From the IMG/VR virus record IMGVR_UViG_3300043438_001421, positions 1,126-65,125 of that record: a stretch of DNA of 64,000 nt; one strand, written 5' to 3'. Below are positions 27,278 through 36,668 of this stretch, in pieces (the first letter of the stretch is position 1; every line of letters starts with the position of its first letter). The notes under the pieces are model-generated. The model did not search any database, was not told the DNA's origin, and was given only the letters and a program-made list of their open reading frames with translations. The translations under genes and the position numbers were made by a program. Origin of the DNA: a virus. Its lineage: Duplodnaviria > Caudoviricetes.

Positions 27278-29613
27278 TGACTGAGGTTAATCAAACCACT
27301 AACGAAATTACTGTAAGTGGTATTGATACTACAGTTAGTGTTTCCCCCACTGCTGCTGGCCCTAATGTTACTGTTAATCGGGGGGTTCAGGCGATTACTG
27401 TTAGTCCTTCTGCTGTTGCTTCTGAGGCTTCTATTGGCATGGTTGGTCCGCAGGGTCCGCAGGGACCTATTGGTGACGGATCTGCTACTGTTTCTATTGG
27501 GACTACTACGACTGGATCTCCCGGTTCTTCTGCCGTTGTAGTTAATAGCGGAACTTCGACTGCTGCTATTTTAGACTTTACTCTTCCCAGAGGCGCTCAA
27601 GGGTTTCAGGGTCCTCAGGGCCCGCAGGGTGATCAAGGCCCGCAGGGCGCTCCATCATTTATAGAAGGTCCTGTAGGTCCGCAAGGATCGCAAGGTGCAA
27701 CTGGCGCTACTGGGTCGCAGGGGCCTCAGGGCGCTCAGGGCCCAGCGGGAATTGCTGGAGAGCAAGGCCCTCAAGGATTCCAAGGGCCTCAAGGCGCTCA
27801 GGGGCCTCAGGGATATCAGGGGTCTCAAGGGTATCAGGGAGATATGGGTCCACCCGGATTTCAAGGCGCTACTGGCGCTCAAGGCGCTCAAGGTGCCACT
27901 GGTCCTCAAGGCCCTCAAGGCTCGCAAGGCGCTCAGGGGGCCGACTCATTTGCTCCCGGTCCTCAAGGACCTCAGGGTCCTCAAGGACCTTTTGGTATTC
28001 AAGGCTATCAGGGAGAGCAAGGAGTTGTAGGCCCGCCCGGTCCTCAAGGCGATCAAGGCTCTCAAGGTCCGCAAGGTCCTCAGGGAGCGCAGGGTTCAAT
28101 TGGAGCGCAAGGCTCTCAGGGGCCTCAAGGACCAGAAGGATCTCAGGGATTTCAAGGTGTTCCGGGGCCGCAAGGTGATCAGGGATCGCAGGGGCCTCAA
28201 GGTCCTCAGGGAGCACAGGGTCCTCAAGGTCCTCAAGGTCCTCAAGGTCCTCAAGGAGATCAAGGACCTCAATCTACTGTTCAAGGACCTCAAGGAACCC
28301 AAGGTCCGCAAGGCCCGCAGGGCGCTACTGGCCCGCAAGGCGCTCAAGGCCCGCAGGGCGATGTTGGTCCGATGGGGCCGCAAGGCGCTGCTGGCCTTAA
28401 TGGATCAGATGGCCCGCAAGGCCCGCAAGGTCCACAAGGCCCTCAATCAACTGTTCAAGGCCCGCAGGGCCCGCAAGGCCCGCAGGGAACTCAAGGCCCT
28501 CAAGGCCCGCAAGGAACTCAAGGCCCACAAGGTGCCGGAGTTCCAGTAAGTGGAACACAAGGACAGATTATTGTTAAAAACAGTGCCACAAATTATGACA
28601 CTGTTTGGTCTAATAATTATGCTGGGTTTAAAAACTTTTTAATGAACGGAGATTTTCGCATTAATCAACGCGGATGGACATCTTCGACGGCATCTGGCAC
28701 ATATGGATTTGATCGCTGGAAACAGAGCAATGTTGGTGGCACAGTCACCATGACTCCGCAAAACTTTACGGTTGGATCTGGTCCTTCTTCTGATCATCAG
28801 CCGCAAAGATTTTTGAGAATTGTCACAAGCGGTCAATCCTCTACGAATAATGCCATTGTGGTTCAGGGCATTGAGGATGTTCGACTTCTTGCCGGAAAGA
28901 CTGTAACTGTTTCTTTTTGGGCCAAGTCTGGCTCCAGTACTCCGAGAGTTGCAGTTCAGTTTGAGCAGAATTATGGATCTGGCGGGAGCCCTAGTGCTTC
29001 CACTTACACCTCAGTGAGCTATGGAAGTATCTTATCAACAAGCTGGCAGCGTTTTACTGTAACACTTGCAATTCCATCAATTTCCGGGAAGACAATCGGA
29101 ACTACTGCAAATACTTCATATACTGCTTTATCATTGATTGTATCTAATGGTTCAGACGGAACGATTGGCATTCAAAACAATACTTTTGATTTCTGGGGTG
29201 TTCAGGTAGAAGAAGGATCGTATGCATCTTCATTTGAGGAGCGTCCTCTTCAGCTAGAGCTTGCAATGTGTCAAAGATATTATTATCGCCAAAATGGTAC
29301 TACGGGGAGCAGTTATGAGCATTTTGGAATTCCGGGTGTAGTCGCTGTATCAGGTAATGCTAACCGTAATGGTTGGCAAGTCCCTGTTCCTCCAAGAAGA
29401 GCAGTTGTTTCTGCTGATGTATCAAGTAGTAGTATAGATGTTTATGATGGTGGTGGCCCGTATGCCCTTACTATAACAAATATTTATCATATAGCTGGAA
29501 ATACTCAGATTGGCTTTGATGGGACTTTTACTGGCGGGTCAGTAGGGAGACCTTCTATTCCTCTGTTTAGAAATACATCAGGAGCTTTCATCGCTTTCAA
29601 TGTAGACTTCTAA
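27277..29613 (+). CDS. collagen-like fibre protein with C-terminal carbohydrate-binding-like domain
   Basis: About 310 aa of Gly-X-Y; [15 protein letters not shown]...[29 protein letters not shown]...ELAMCQRYY. Confidence 0.88.
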   Translation: MTEVNQTTNEITVSGIDTTVSVSPTAAGPNVTVNRGVQAITVSPSAVASEASIGMVGPQGPQGPIGDGSATVSIGTTTTGSPGSSAVVVNSGTSTAAILDFTLPRGAQGFQGPQGPQGDQGPQGAPSFIEGPVGPQGSQGATGATGSQGPQGAQGPAGIAGEQGPQGFQGPQGAQGPQGYQGSQGYQGDMGPPGFQGATGAQGAQGATGPQGPQGSQGAQGADSFAPGPQGPQGPQGPFGIQGYQGEQGVVGPPGPQGDQGSQGPQGPQGAQGSIGAQGSQGPQGPEGSQGFQGVPGPQGDQGSQGPQGPQGAQGPQGPQGPQGPQGDQGPQSTVQGPQGTQGPQGPQGATGPQGAQGPQGDVGPMGPQGAAGLNGSDGPQGPQGPQGPQSTVQGPQGPQGPQGTQGPQGPQGTQGPQGAGVPVSGTQGQIIVKNSATNYDTVWSNNYAGFKNFLMNGDFRINQRGWTSSTASGTYGFDRWKQSNVGGTVTMTPQNFTVGSGPSSDHQPQRFLRIVTSGQSSTNNAIVVQGIEDVRLLAGKTVTVSFWAKSGSSTPRVAVQFEQNYGSGGSPSASTYTSVSYGSILSTSWQRFTVTLAIPSISGKTIGTTANTSYTALSLIVSNGSDGTIGIQNNTFDFWGVQVEEGSYASSFEERPLQLELAMCQRYYYRQNGTTGSSYEHFGIPGVVAVSGNANRNGWQVPVPPRRAVVSADVSSSSIDVYDGGGPYALTITNIYHIAGNTQIGFDGTFTGGSVGRPSIPLFRNTSGAFIAFNVDF

Positions 29614-29615
29614 AA

Positions 29616-29644
29616 TTGACTTTATGTAGTATCTGATATACAAT
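29616..29644 (+). promoter_or_regulatory. sigma70/SigA-type promoter for head genes
   Basis: TTGACT-17 nt-TACAAT followed by a GGAGG RBS. Confidence 0.7.
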
Positions 29645-29659
29645 TACAAGATTGGAGGC

Positions 29660-32263
29660 ATGACGATGCACTCAGCGGACTTAAATTTTACTTTCCCGTT
29701 TCAAAAAATTAATCAAGAGCAGCGAATCGTAACTGGTATTGCTACAGCCGATAACGTGGATCTTGCAGATGATATTGTTAACTTTGACGCCTCAGTTGAG
29801 GCTTTCTCTAATTGGGTGGGGAACATTCGAGAAATGCACTCTCCTATCGCAGTTGGAAAGCTTGTTGATTGGAAGTCAGTTCCGGTTGAACATAACGGCC
29901 AAATGTATCGTGGCATCGAAGTTTCCGTTTATATCTCTAAGGGTGCCGAGAATACTTGGCAGAAGATCCTTGATGGAACACTTCGTGGCTTTTCTATCGG
30001 TGGCATGGTTCAGGATAGGAAGACTAGGTTTATGGAAAAACTTGGGCGGAATATTAATGAAATTGTTCGTTATACTCTTGGTGAGCTTAGTGTTGTTGAT
30101 AATCCATGTAATCCTGCTGGAATGTTCGCTATGATCAAGAGTGTTGATGGCCAACTTGAGTATGTTGGCGAAAATCTTCAAGATGTTTTTTATTGTGAAG
30201 ATGACAAGTACGCTTCTGTTGGCGCAGATAGCGCTTGCCCTGCTTGCTCTGAGGAAATGGTTATCATTGGTCGGACAGAGACATTTGATAGTGTGCAAAT
30301 AAATAAGTTTATATCTTATTATGAAGATATTATGACGAAAGCTCTTTCCGATATTAATACTGTCCCCACTGACGCTATGGCCGCAGAGGCTCGTCGTGGT
30401 CTTGAGTGGAGAAGAGAATTTAATCGTGGCGGAACTGCTGTAGGTGTTGCTAGAGCTAGAGATATTATGAATAAAGATAGACTTAGTATCTCAACTGTTC
30501 GCAGAATGCACTCATTCTTTTCCCGCCATGAAGTTGATAAGCAGGGCAAGGGCTTCACTCCGGGAGATGGTTATCCTAGCGCCGGACGGATCGCTTGGGC
30601 TTTGTGGGGCGGAGATCCCGGTCAGACTTGGGCGCGCGCCATCACTAATAGAATTAAGGCTATGGAAAAGGCTGTCGGTACTGATGTCGAAGGAATGACT
30701 GTCGATGGGCCTTCTGAGATGATCTCGGAGACTACTAAGGCTGCAGCGAAGCGCGGAGATTTTGTTTCTTGGAATTCTTCTGGCGGAACTGCGCGGGGCA
30801 AGGTTGTGCGAGTTGAGAGAAGCGGAGAGATCGACGTTCCGAATTCAGACTTTAGTGTAGCGGGAACTTCGGAAGATCCTGCTCTTTTGATCCAGATTTG
30901 GAGGGAGGGCTCTGAAGGATGGGCTGCTACCGATACTTTTGTTGGCCATAAGTCTTCGACTGTAAGAGCAATTGCTGATCTTGATAAGTCTGTTGACACT
31001 GCTCAAATTGGTGAGGGTGGCGGTGGCATTAAAAATCCCGCTCAAGGCAATGAATTAGATTTTATTATTGGAAAAGTTGTGGTTGAGCGTGACGGAGAGT
31101 TCTGCGTCATGTCTGAAGATGGCTCTAGGAGCTTTGGTTGTTATCCTTCTGAGCGAGAGGCTAATAGCAGACTCGCTGAAGTTGAAAGTTTCAAAGAAAT
31201 GAATAAGGCTACTACTAAGCGCGAAGATGGAGAAGATTTTCCTGCCGCCGCTTTCGCCTATGTTCCAGATCCTGAGTCGCCTTCTACATGGAAGCTGCGT
31301 CTTTGGGACAGTCTTGATGAAAAAGAGACTGTTGCACAAGTTTCCCGCGCCGTTTCGGCTTTAAGCCCTTCCGGTTTTCGGGGAAATAGAGTTCAGATTC
31401 CCGCAGAGGATCTTGCTTCTGTTAAAGCAAAAGTTCGTGCAGCTTGGCGTCAGGTTAATGGACCTGATCGTGAGTTGCCTGCAATTCTGAAGAGAGATAA
31501 CTCCAATTATTTGGAAGACATCATAGAGAAAGGAGGCACAGATTCTATGAATTTGCAAGAAAATGAAATTAATGATAATGTAAATACTATGTCGGAAGAT
31601 TTAACGGAAACACAAAAGCAGAGCATCCTGTCGAAGATGGGAGAATTTATTTTTGGTAAGCAAGAGTCAATTGAAAAGGCTCAGACTATCGAAGTAAATA
31701 CTGCTAATGGCAACTTTAGAGTTGTCACTGATGGTTCTATGGCAAATCCTCCGCAGGTTGTTCTCAACATGGTCGATGTCGGCGCTGTTGAAGAAAAAGC
31801 TGGCCATATGGGCATGGATGAAGAAATGAAGTCATCCGGCGAAGATATGGTAGGAAAGTCTGAAGATGCTGGTACAGAAGAGGCTGCAACTGACGTTGTA
31901 GAAAAGTCTGAATCAGTTGATTCGGTTGATGAAGGAGAAGAAATGGATTTTGAAAAGGTACTTGAAGGCCTGAGCAATCTCCTTGACGAGAAGCTTGAGA
32001 AGGTAAAGGCAGAAATTACAGCAGAGGTTGACGGGAAGATCGAGTCCATCGAAAAGTCCGTTTCTGAGGTAAAGGAATCAGCCGAGGAAATCTCAAGCGA
32101 TCTTGAAAAGGTTGCTAACTCAGGTGCAGAGAAGAAGTCAGCTGATGTAGAAGCTGATGTTGTTGAAGAAGAGGTTCTCGAAAAGAGCGCCGATTCTGAA
32201 GGTTTCTGGGGCGGAATTTTTGTTCCCGTCGCAGTTGCTAAAGTTTTAGGCTACGATTCATAA
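29660..32263 (+). CDS. prohead protease fused to several accessory domains and a C-terminal acidic scaffold
   Basis: HK97-type protease motifs IREMH, GFSIGG, ELSVVDNPCN in aa 1-160; acidic coiled-coil C-terminus directly before the capsid gene. Confidence 0.9.
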   Translation: MTMHSADLNFTFPFQKINQEQRIVTGIATADNVDLADDIVNFDASVEAFSNWVGNIREMHSPIAVGKLVDWKSVPVEHNGQMYRGIEVSVYISKGAENTWQKILDGTLRGFSIGGMVQDRKTRFMEKLGRNINEIVRYTLGELSVVDNPCNPAGMFAMIKSVDGQLEYVGENLQDVFYCEDDKYASVGADSACPACSEEMVIIGRTETFDSVQINKFISYYEDIMTKALSDINTVPTDAMAAEARRGLEWRREFNRGGTAVGVARARDIMNKDRLSISTVRRMHSFFSRHEVDKQGKGFTPGDGYPSAGRIAWALWGGDPGQTWARAITNRIKAMEKAVGTDVEGMTVDGPSEMISETTKAAAKRGDFVSWNSSGGTARGKVVRVERSGEIDVPNSDFSVAGTSEDPALLIQIWREGSEGWAATDTFVGHKSSTVRAIADLDKSVDTAQIGEGGGGIKNPAQGNELDFIIGKVVVERDGEFCVMSEDGSRSFGCYPSEREANSRLAEVESFKEMNKATTKREDGEDFPAAAFAYVPDPESPSTWKLRLWDSLDEKETVAQVSRAVSALSPSGFRGNRVQIPAEDLASVKAKVRAAWRQVNGPDRELPAILKRDNSNYLEDIIEKGGTDSMNLQENEINDNVNTMSEDLTETQKQSILSKMGEFIFGKQESIEKAQTIEVNTANGNFRVVTDGSMANPPQVVLNMVDVGAVEEKAGHMGMDEEMKSSGEDMVGKSEDAGTEEAATDVVEKSESVDSVDEGEEMDFEKVLEGLSNLLDEKLEKVKAEITAEVDGKIESIEKSVSEVKESAEEISSDLEKVANSGAEKKSADVEADVVEEEVLEKSADSEGFWGGIFVPVAVAKVLGYDS

Positions 32264-32277
32264 CTAGGAGGTGAATA

Positions 32278-33300
32278 ATGAGCAGCAAAGATTTATTAGA
32301 AAAGGTAATTAATACTACTCAGATTGGCGCCGGTTCAGGCGGTATTCTGAATGCAAAGCAGGCAAATCGTTTTATCGATTTTGTTTTCGATCAATCTGTC
32401 CTTATGAAGACGGCTCGCATCGTTCGTATGAACGAGCCAACCATCGACATTGATAAGGTTGATATCGGCCAGCGCATTATGCGCAAGGCTACTGAAGGTA
32501 CGGATGATGGCAGCAATGCTGATCCCACTTTCACGAAGATTTCTATGACCACCGTTAAGCTTCGCCTTGATTGGGAGCTTACCACTGAGGGTCTGGAAGA
32601 CAATATTGAAGGTGACTCTCTGGAAGACCATGTAGCATCGCTTATGGCCCGCCAGACTGCAAATGATCTTGAGGATCTTTTGATTCACGGTGATACCTCG
32701 GAGACTGGCCTTCCGTTGATTAAGGCTCTTAATGGCTTCCGTAAGCTTGCTAGAGCCAATGGCGTTGTTGTAGACGCCGCTGGTGCAAACCTCACTCGCG
32801 CAGTATTTGATGCAGCGCTTCGTGATATGCCCAATAAGTACCTGCAGCGTCGGTCACAGCTTGCGTTCTCAACGTCAAGCTCGTTGCTTCAGGATTATAT
32901 TCACAGTCTTACTCTTGATGTTGCCGCTAATGGTGGCCCTTCTGCTGGTTCTGTTCTTGGCGATGCTATCGTCAATCAGGGCCTTGGTGGAGGTCAGGGT
33001 GGCGGTGCTGGTACGGCTTATGTCGCTGGCATTCGTCCATTCGGTATCCCGCTTCTTGAGATTCCTCTTTACGAGGAGACTGAGACTGGCTCATACACCG
33101 CTGCTACTGGTCAGCATGGTGTTGTTGAACTTACGTTCCCGCAGAACCGCATCGTCGGTATGCAGCGTGACATTGTTGTCTATCGTGAGTTTAAGCCCAA
33201 GAAGGATGCTATTGAGTACACTCAGTTCATTCGGGTTGCTTGTCAGATCGAAAATGCCGCTGCTTACGTTCACGTTCGCAACGTCAAGGTTCGTTCATAG
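32278..33300 (+). CDS. major capsid protein (HK97 fold)
   Basis: GGILNAKQANRFID, LEDNIEG..LEDH...MARQTANDLEDL.IHGD; strong RBS; terminator follows. Confidence 0.92.
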   Translation: MSSKDLLEKVINTTQIGAGSGGILNAKQANRFIDFVFDQSVLMKTARIVRMNEPTIDIDKVDIGQRIMRKATEGTDDGSNADPTFTKISMTTVKLRLDWELTTEGLEDNIEGDSLEDHVASLMARQTANDLEDLLIHGDTSETGLPLIKALNGFRKLARANGVVVDAAGANLTRAVFDAALRDMPNKYLQRRSQLAFSTSSSLLQDYIHSLTLDVAANGGPSAGSVLGDAIVNQGLGGGQGGGAGTAYVAGIRPFGIPLLEIPLYEETETGSYTAATGQHGVVELTFPQNRIVGMQRDIVVYREFKPKKDAIEYTQFIRVACQIENAAAYVHVRNVKVRS

Positions 33301-33327
33301 TAGTTAGTCACAATTTGTGATATGATT

Positions 33328-33353
33328 ATGCCGGGGAGAAATCCCCGGCATTT
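33328..33353 (+). terminator. terminator hairpin after the capsid gene
   Basis: ATGCCGGGGA-GAAA-TCCCCGGCAT-TT. Confidence 0.75.
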
Positions 33354-33373
33354 ATCATTTTAAGGAGAATTGT

Positions 33374-33718
33374 ATGCCCCCTGCAAAGAAATCGCTTACA
33401 GAGGAAAATACGGGGCAATCAGAGGAGTCTGAGAGCACTGTCGCTAGTAAGCCAGCAAGGAAGATTGTGAAGAAAGTTGAAGTTTCTGATCTTCATGTAG
33501 AAGATTCTAATGATCCTATTTCCAAAATTAATCAAGAACAGGTCATGGTTTACATGAAGAGTGGTTATTCGTATTCTTCTCCGGAAGTCTCGTTTACCAG
33601 AGATAAGCCTTTTCGTCTGATGAACCCTATTGACGCTGCAAGGTTAATTAGTAGCATGGATTATCGTTTTGCATATGCAAATAAAGAGCAGGTTGAAGAG
33701 TTCTATTCGCTTGGTTAA
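33374..33718 (+). CDS. hypothetical virion-associated protein
   Basis: AGGAG RBS; located between capsid and adaptor genes. Confidence 0.7.
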   Translation: MPPAKKSLTEENTGQSEESESTVASKPARKIVKKVEVSDLHVEDSNDPISKINQEQVMVYMKSGYSYSSPEVSFTRDKPFRLMNPIDAARLISSMDYRFAYANKEQVEEFYSLG

Positions 33719-33745
33719 AAAACGTGATGGTGTTATACTTTTCAT

Positions 33746-34621
33746 ATGAACACTTATTCTCCTTACAATGCTGTAACAGAGAGCTTCACATATCCAAGCG
33801 CCCCAGACGCAGGCACCGCTACTGCCACCGTATATTATGACTTAGGAGACACTGTTGTTGCTGCAACAGCTCCTACGCTGGTTAGCGGAAACAATTATTC
33901 GATCACAATTGCCGACGATCTCATGGGAGCTGCTGGAGTTTATAGAATCAAATGGTCTTGTAATATTTCTACAACCCCTTTTTACGCTTACACAGAGTTC
34001 AAGATTGAGGATACCTATGTATCCAGCGAAAGCTTTTTCTCTGAATTTCCTGAATACGATCTCCCCCAGTATACCTCTAGATTTGCTTCAGTTGAGAAGG
34101 TAGCTAGGCGCATTATTGATACTTATACAGGCCAGGATTTTCAGTTTATAAAAAACAAGACTTATAAGTATGATGGAAATGATAGATCAGTACTCTATCT
34201 TGGTTCCCGCCTTAACTCTTTCACTAGCGTTCTTGTGGATGATACAGATTATACAACTGCTGTCCGAGTTGATTTTAGATCAAAGTATTATTTGAAAACC
34301 ATCTATCCGGCTCCAAGTATTGAGGAATCTAACACGGAAGACATTAGGGCAAAAGTTTTCCCCAAGAACTCTACTGTATATGTAACTGGAGACTGGGGTT
34401 GGCTGAGTGTCCCTTGGGAGATCCAGCAGGCCTGCTCTCTTCTTATTTCTGATTTGCTCAATGATGTCAAGAGAGAAAATCGTCGCTATGGAATTAAACG
34501 AATAGAGCAAGATTCTCATAGAATTGAGTTTGATACGTCAATCTTCAATTCGACTGGGAATATCGATGTCGATACATTGCTTATGGACTTTGTGGTTTGG
34601 ACGATGGATTATGTCACCTGA
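33746..34621 (+). CDS. head-to-tail adaptor
   Basis: ARRIIDTYTGQDF, VTGDWGWLSVPWEIQQACSLL, TGNIDVDTLL. Confidence 0.8.
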   Translation: MNTYSPYNAVTESFTYPSAPDAGTATATVYYDLGDTVVAATAPTLVSGNNYSITIADDLMGAAGVYRIKWSCNISTTPFYAYTEFKIEDTYVSSESFFSEFPEYDLPQYTSRFASVEKVARRIIDTYTGQDFQFIKNKTYKYDGNDRSVLYLGSRLNSFTSVLVDDTDYTTAVRVDFRSKYYLKTIYPAPSIEESNTEDIRAKVFPKNSTVYVTGDWGWLSVPWEIQQACSLLISDLLNDVKRENRRYGIKRIEQDSHRIEFDTSIFNSTGNIDVDTLLMDFVVWTMDYVT

Positions 34622-34991
34622 GCGATCTTATATAAGGTTTGCCCACAAGGTAGATCTTTATACTAAAATTACAACTAAGAACGATATGGGTCAGAATAAG
34701 GCAGGGTGGAATATTTCTGTAAATGGTCAGAGATGTTCCTATGTTCCTTCTGGTTCAAGTACTGCTATTCGCATCACTCCTTCGGTGGAGGAAGCTGATT
34801 ATTTTACTGTCTACTTCCCTCATGACGCCGATGTCAATTATTCAACAAGATTTAAGGATTTGCGGGTAATTGTCGGGGAAGAAATTATTGAGCCTAAATG
34901 GATGCAGGTAATCCAGATTGACAAGCATATCTCCTTCACAGGCCATCTTCAGCATTTGCAGGTTAAATTGAAGAGCGTGATCGAACCATGA
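34611..34991 (+). CDS. head-to-tail stopper / closure protein
   Basis: Synteny and beta-rich 126-aa size; start at the ATG at 34611. Confidence 0.65.
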   Translation: MSPERSYIRFAHKVDLYTKITTKNDMGQNKAGWNISVNGQRCSYVPSGSSTAIRITPSVEEADYFTVYFPHDADVNYSTRFKDLRVIVGEEIIEPKWMQVIQIDKHISFTGHLQHLQVKLKSVIEP

Positions 34992-35395
34992 GTGTGGAGA
35001 ATATCAAAGCGATAGAAAGAGCTTCGGAGAAGATCATCGCCTCAGAGCGAAAGTATAAAGTCAGGAATGTTCAGATTACTTTTGTGCTTTATGCTGCTAT
35101 AAGAAGAAATCTTTCTCAAGCGATTGGCGATAAAAGCAAGCATTTTATCGTGAAAATTGAGCCGGGCGTTGGCTATATGAAGGTTGTTTTGAAGCCTAAG
35201 GATGCTGTTGGCTCTTATATTTATTGGGGCACAAAGAGGCATAGTATTTCATCTTCAGAGCCAATGCCTATTGGTAATAGTAGATTTGCTAGAAATGTGA
35301 GTCATCCCGGAACGGACTCTATGAAGCAAAAGATTGATGGTGCCGTAAGGAAATCTTTGGCGGAGGTACGAATGGTTATGAAGGTGATGAGATGA
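34988..35395 (+). CDS. neck / HK97 gp10-like protein
   Basis: YIYWGTKRH.I...FARNVSHPGT motif. Confidence 0.7.
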   Translation: MSVENIKAIERASEKIIASERKYKVRNVQITFVLYAAIRRNLSQAIGDKSKHFIVKIEPGVGYMKVVLKPKDAVGSYIYWGTKRHSISSSEPMPIGNSRFARNVSHPGTDSMKQKIDGAVRKSLAEVRMVMKVMR

Positions 35396-35799
35396 TTGCC
35401 GTAGACATTAATCCTGTATTGACAGCCTATCTTGTATCTCAGGGATATCGTGATATAGAGATAACCCCGTTAACTGGGTATGGAGATTCTCCTGCTCCCT
35501 TTATCACTTGGGAAGAGTCTGTTGCCACAAGGAACTCAGAGCAGTACTGGCTCAGAGATTCTGTCTTGACATATTATGTATATGATACAGATTTGTCTAG
35601 GGCTAGAGATATAGCTAAGGATATTGAAGATTTCCTTCACGTTGGAGATCTAATATCAACCATCAAGATTGATATGACAAATCCTACGTATAGGCTTTGC
35701 TGGTGCAGGATGGCTAGTGGCGATATGTTCGCCCCTCTTGAGAGGGATGGCTTTGCCAGTATAGTAAGATCTTTCGAAGTTGGCTTTGTTGAACTTTGA
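35392..35799 (+). CDS. tail terminator-like protein
   Basis: Synteny; APFITW, YYVYD...ARDIA. Confidence 0.65.
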   Translation: MIAVDINPVLTAYLVSQGYRDIEITPLTGYGDSPAPFITWEESVATRNSEQYWLRDSVLTYYVYDTDLSRARDIAKDIEDFLHVGDLISTIKIDMTNPTYRLCWCRMASGDMFAPLERDGFASIVRSFEVGFVEL

Positions 35800-35828
35800 T
35801 TGCTTTATAAGAAATGTGAGGATATCCT

Positions 35829-36020
35829 ATGTATAGAGCAATAACTTATATTGGTAAAGGCTCTGGCAAGGTAGTAAGATTTAAAAATAAGGTCTATGAA
35901 TTTGAGTGGCAAAAATCCTTAGGGATTGGAAATCGCTCAGATGAAGTTGAGTTTGATCATGCAATGAGAATTGCTAAGAGAAAAACTAAAAAAGGTAAAA
36001 AGCTATTTATTTTGGAATAG
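35829..36020 (+). CDS. small basic hypothetical protein
   Basis: 63-aa ORF between the terminator and tail tube genes. Confidence 0.6.
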   Translation: MYRAITYIGKGSGKVVRFKNKVYEFEWQKSLGIGNRSDEVEFDHAMRIAKRKTKKGKKLFILE

Positions 36021-36030
36021 GAGGAAAAAA

Positions 36031-36576
36031 ATGGCAGTAACATTTTCGAACATTATCACTGGTGAAGGCATCCTTTCGATTGGTAACACTGTTGGCACGG
36101 TATCTGATATCGGCGCCACTCAAGACGGTGCTGAAATCGCTTGGGAACCTGACATGGTTGACATCGAAATCGATCAGTTCGGTGACGCAGCTCGCGTTAT
36201 CGTTTCAAAGATCAAGGTTTCGATCAAGACAAAGCTCGCTGAAGCTACCCTTGAGAACCTTGCTTACTCATGGAACCTGCAGACCTCTGGCCCTGAGTCA
36301 GAGCTCACGTATGGTGGAGCAAGCACGACTCTTCGTATGGGTATTCAGTCAGTCTATCCCGTAGAGCGTGCAATTACTCTTGTAGGTAACGCTCCCGGCA
36401 CAAGTGGCACAGTCACTAAGACTCGTACTTATAGCTGCGGCAGAGTTATTCAGTACAGCTCTTCATCACATATGCTGAAGCGTGCTGAGAATGCAGCTTA
36501 TCCTGTCGATTTCCGTATTCTCCCAAACCCGGCAAACACGGGTCAGGAATACGGCACCATTGTCGATCAGATCTGA
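36031..36576 (+). CDS. major tail (tube) protein
   Basis: GGAGG RBS; DIGATQDGAEIAWEPDMVDIEIDQ, LAEATLENL, FRILP. Confidence 0.88.
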   Translation: MAVTFSNIITGEGILSIGNTVGTVSDIGATQDGAEIAWEPDMVDIEIDQFGDAARVIVSKIKVSIKTKLAEATLENLAYSWNLQTSGPESELTYGGASTTLRMGIQSVYPVERAITLVGNAPGTSGTVTKTRTYSCGRVIQYSSSSHMLKRAENAAYPVDFRILPNPANTGQEYGTIVDQI

Positions 36577-36604
36577 TAATTAAGTTAAAACACATTCACA
36601 CTTT

Positions 36605-36631
36605 GAGGGACAGAGCAATCTGTCCCTCTTT
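36605..36631 (+). terminator. terminator hairpin after the tail tube gene
   Basis: GAGGGACAGA-GCAA-TCTGTCCCTC-TTT. Confidence 0.75.
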
Positions 36632-36668
36632 GTGTTATAATGTGCATTGACCTTACAGGAGTGTGTTT

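Noticed and set aside
22192-28549. Long alternative-frame and antisense ORFs (KAIKARKA..., LRALRAL...) within the collagen genes
   Set aside because: By-products of Gly-X-Gln codon repeats that lack stops in other frames
26100-29613. Diversity-generating retroelement targeting the fibre tips
   Set aside because: No reverse transcriptase and no template/variable repeat pair differing at adenines seen in the window
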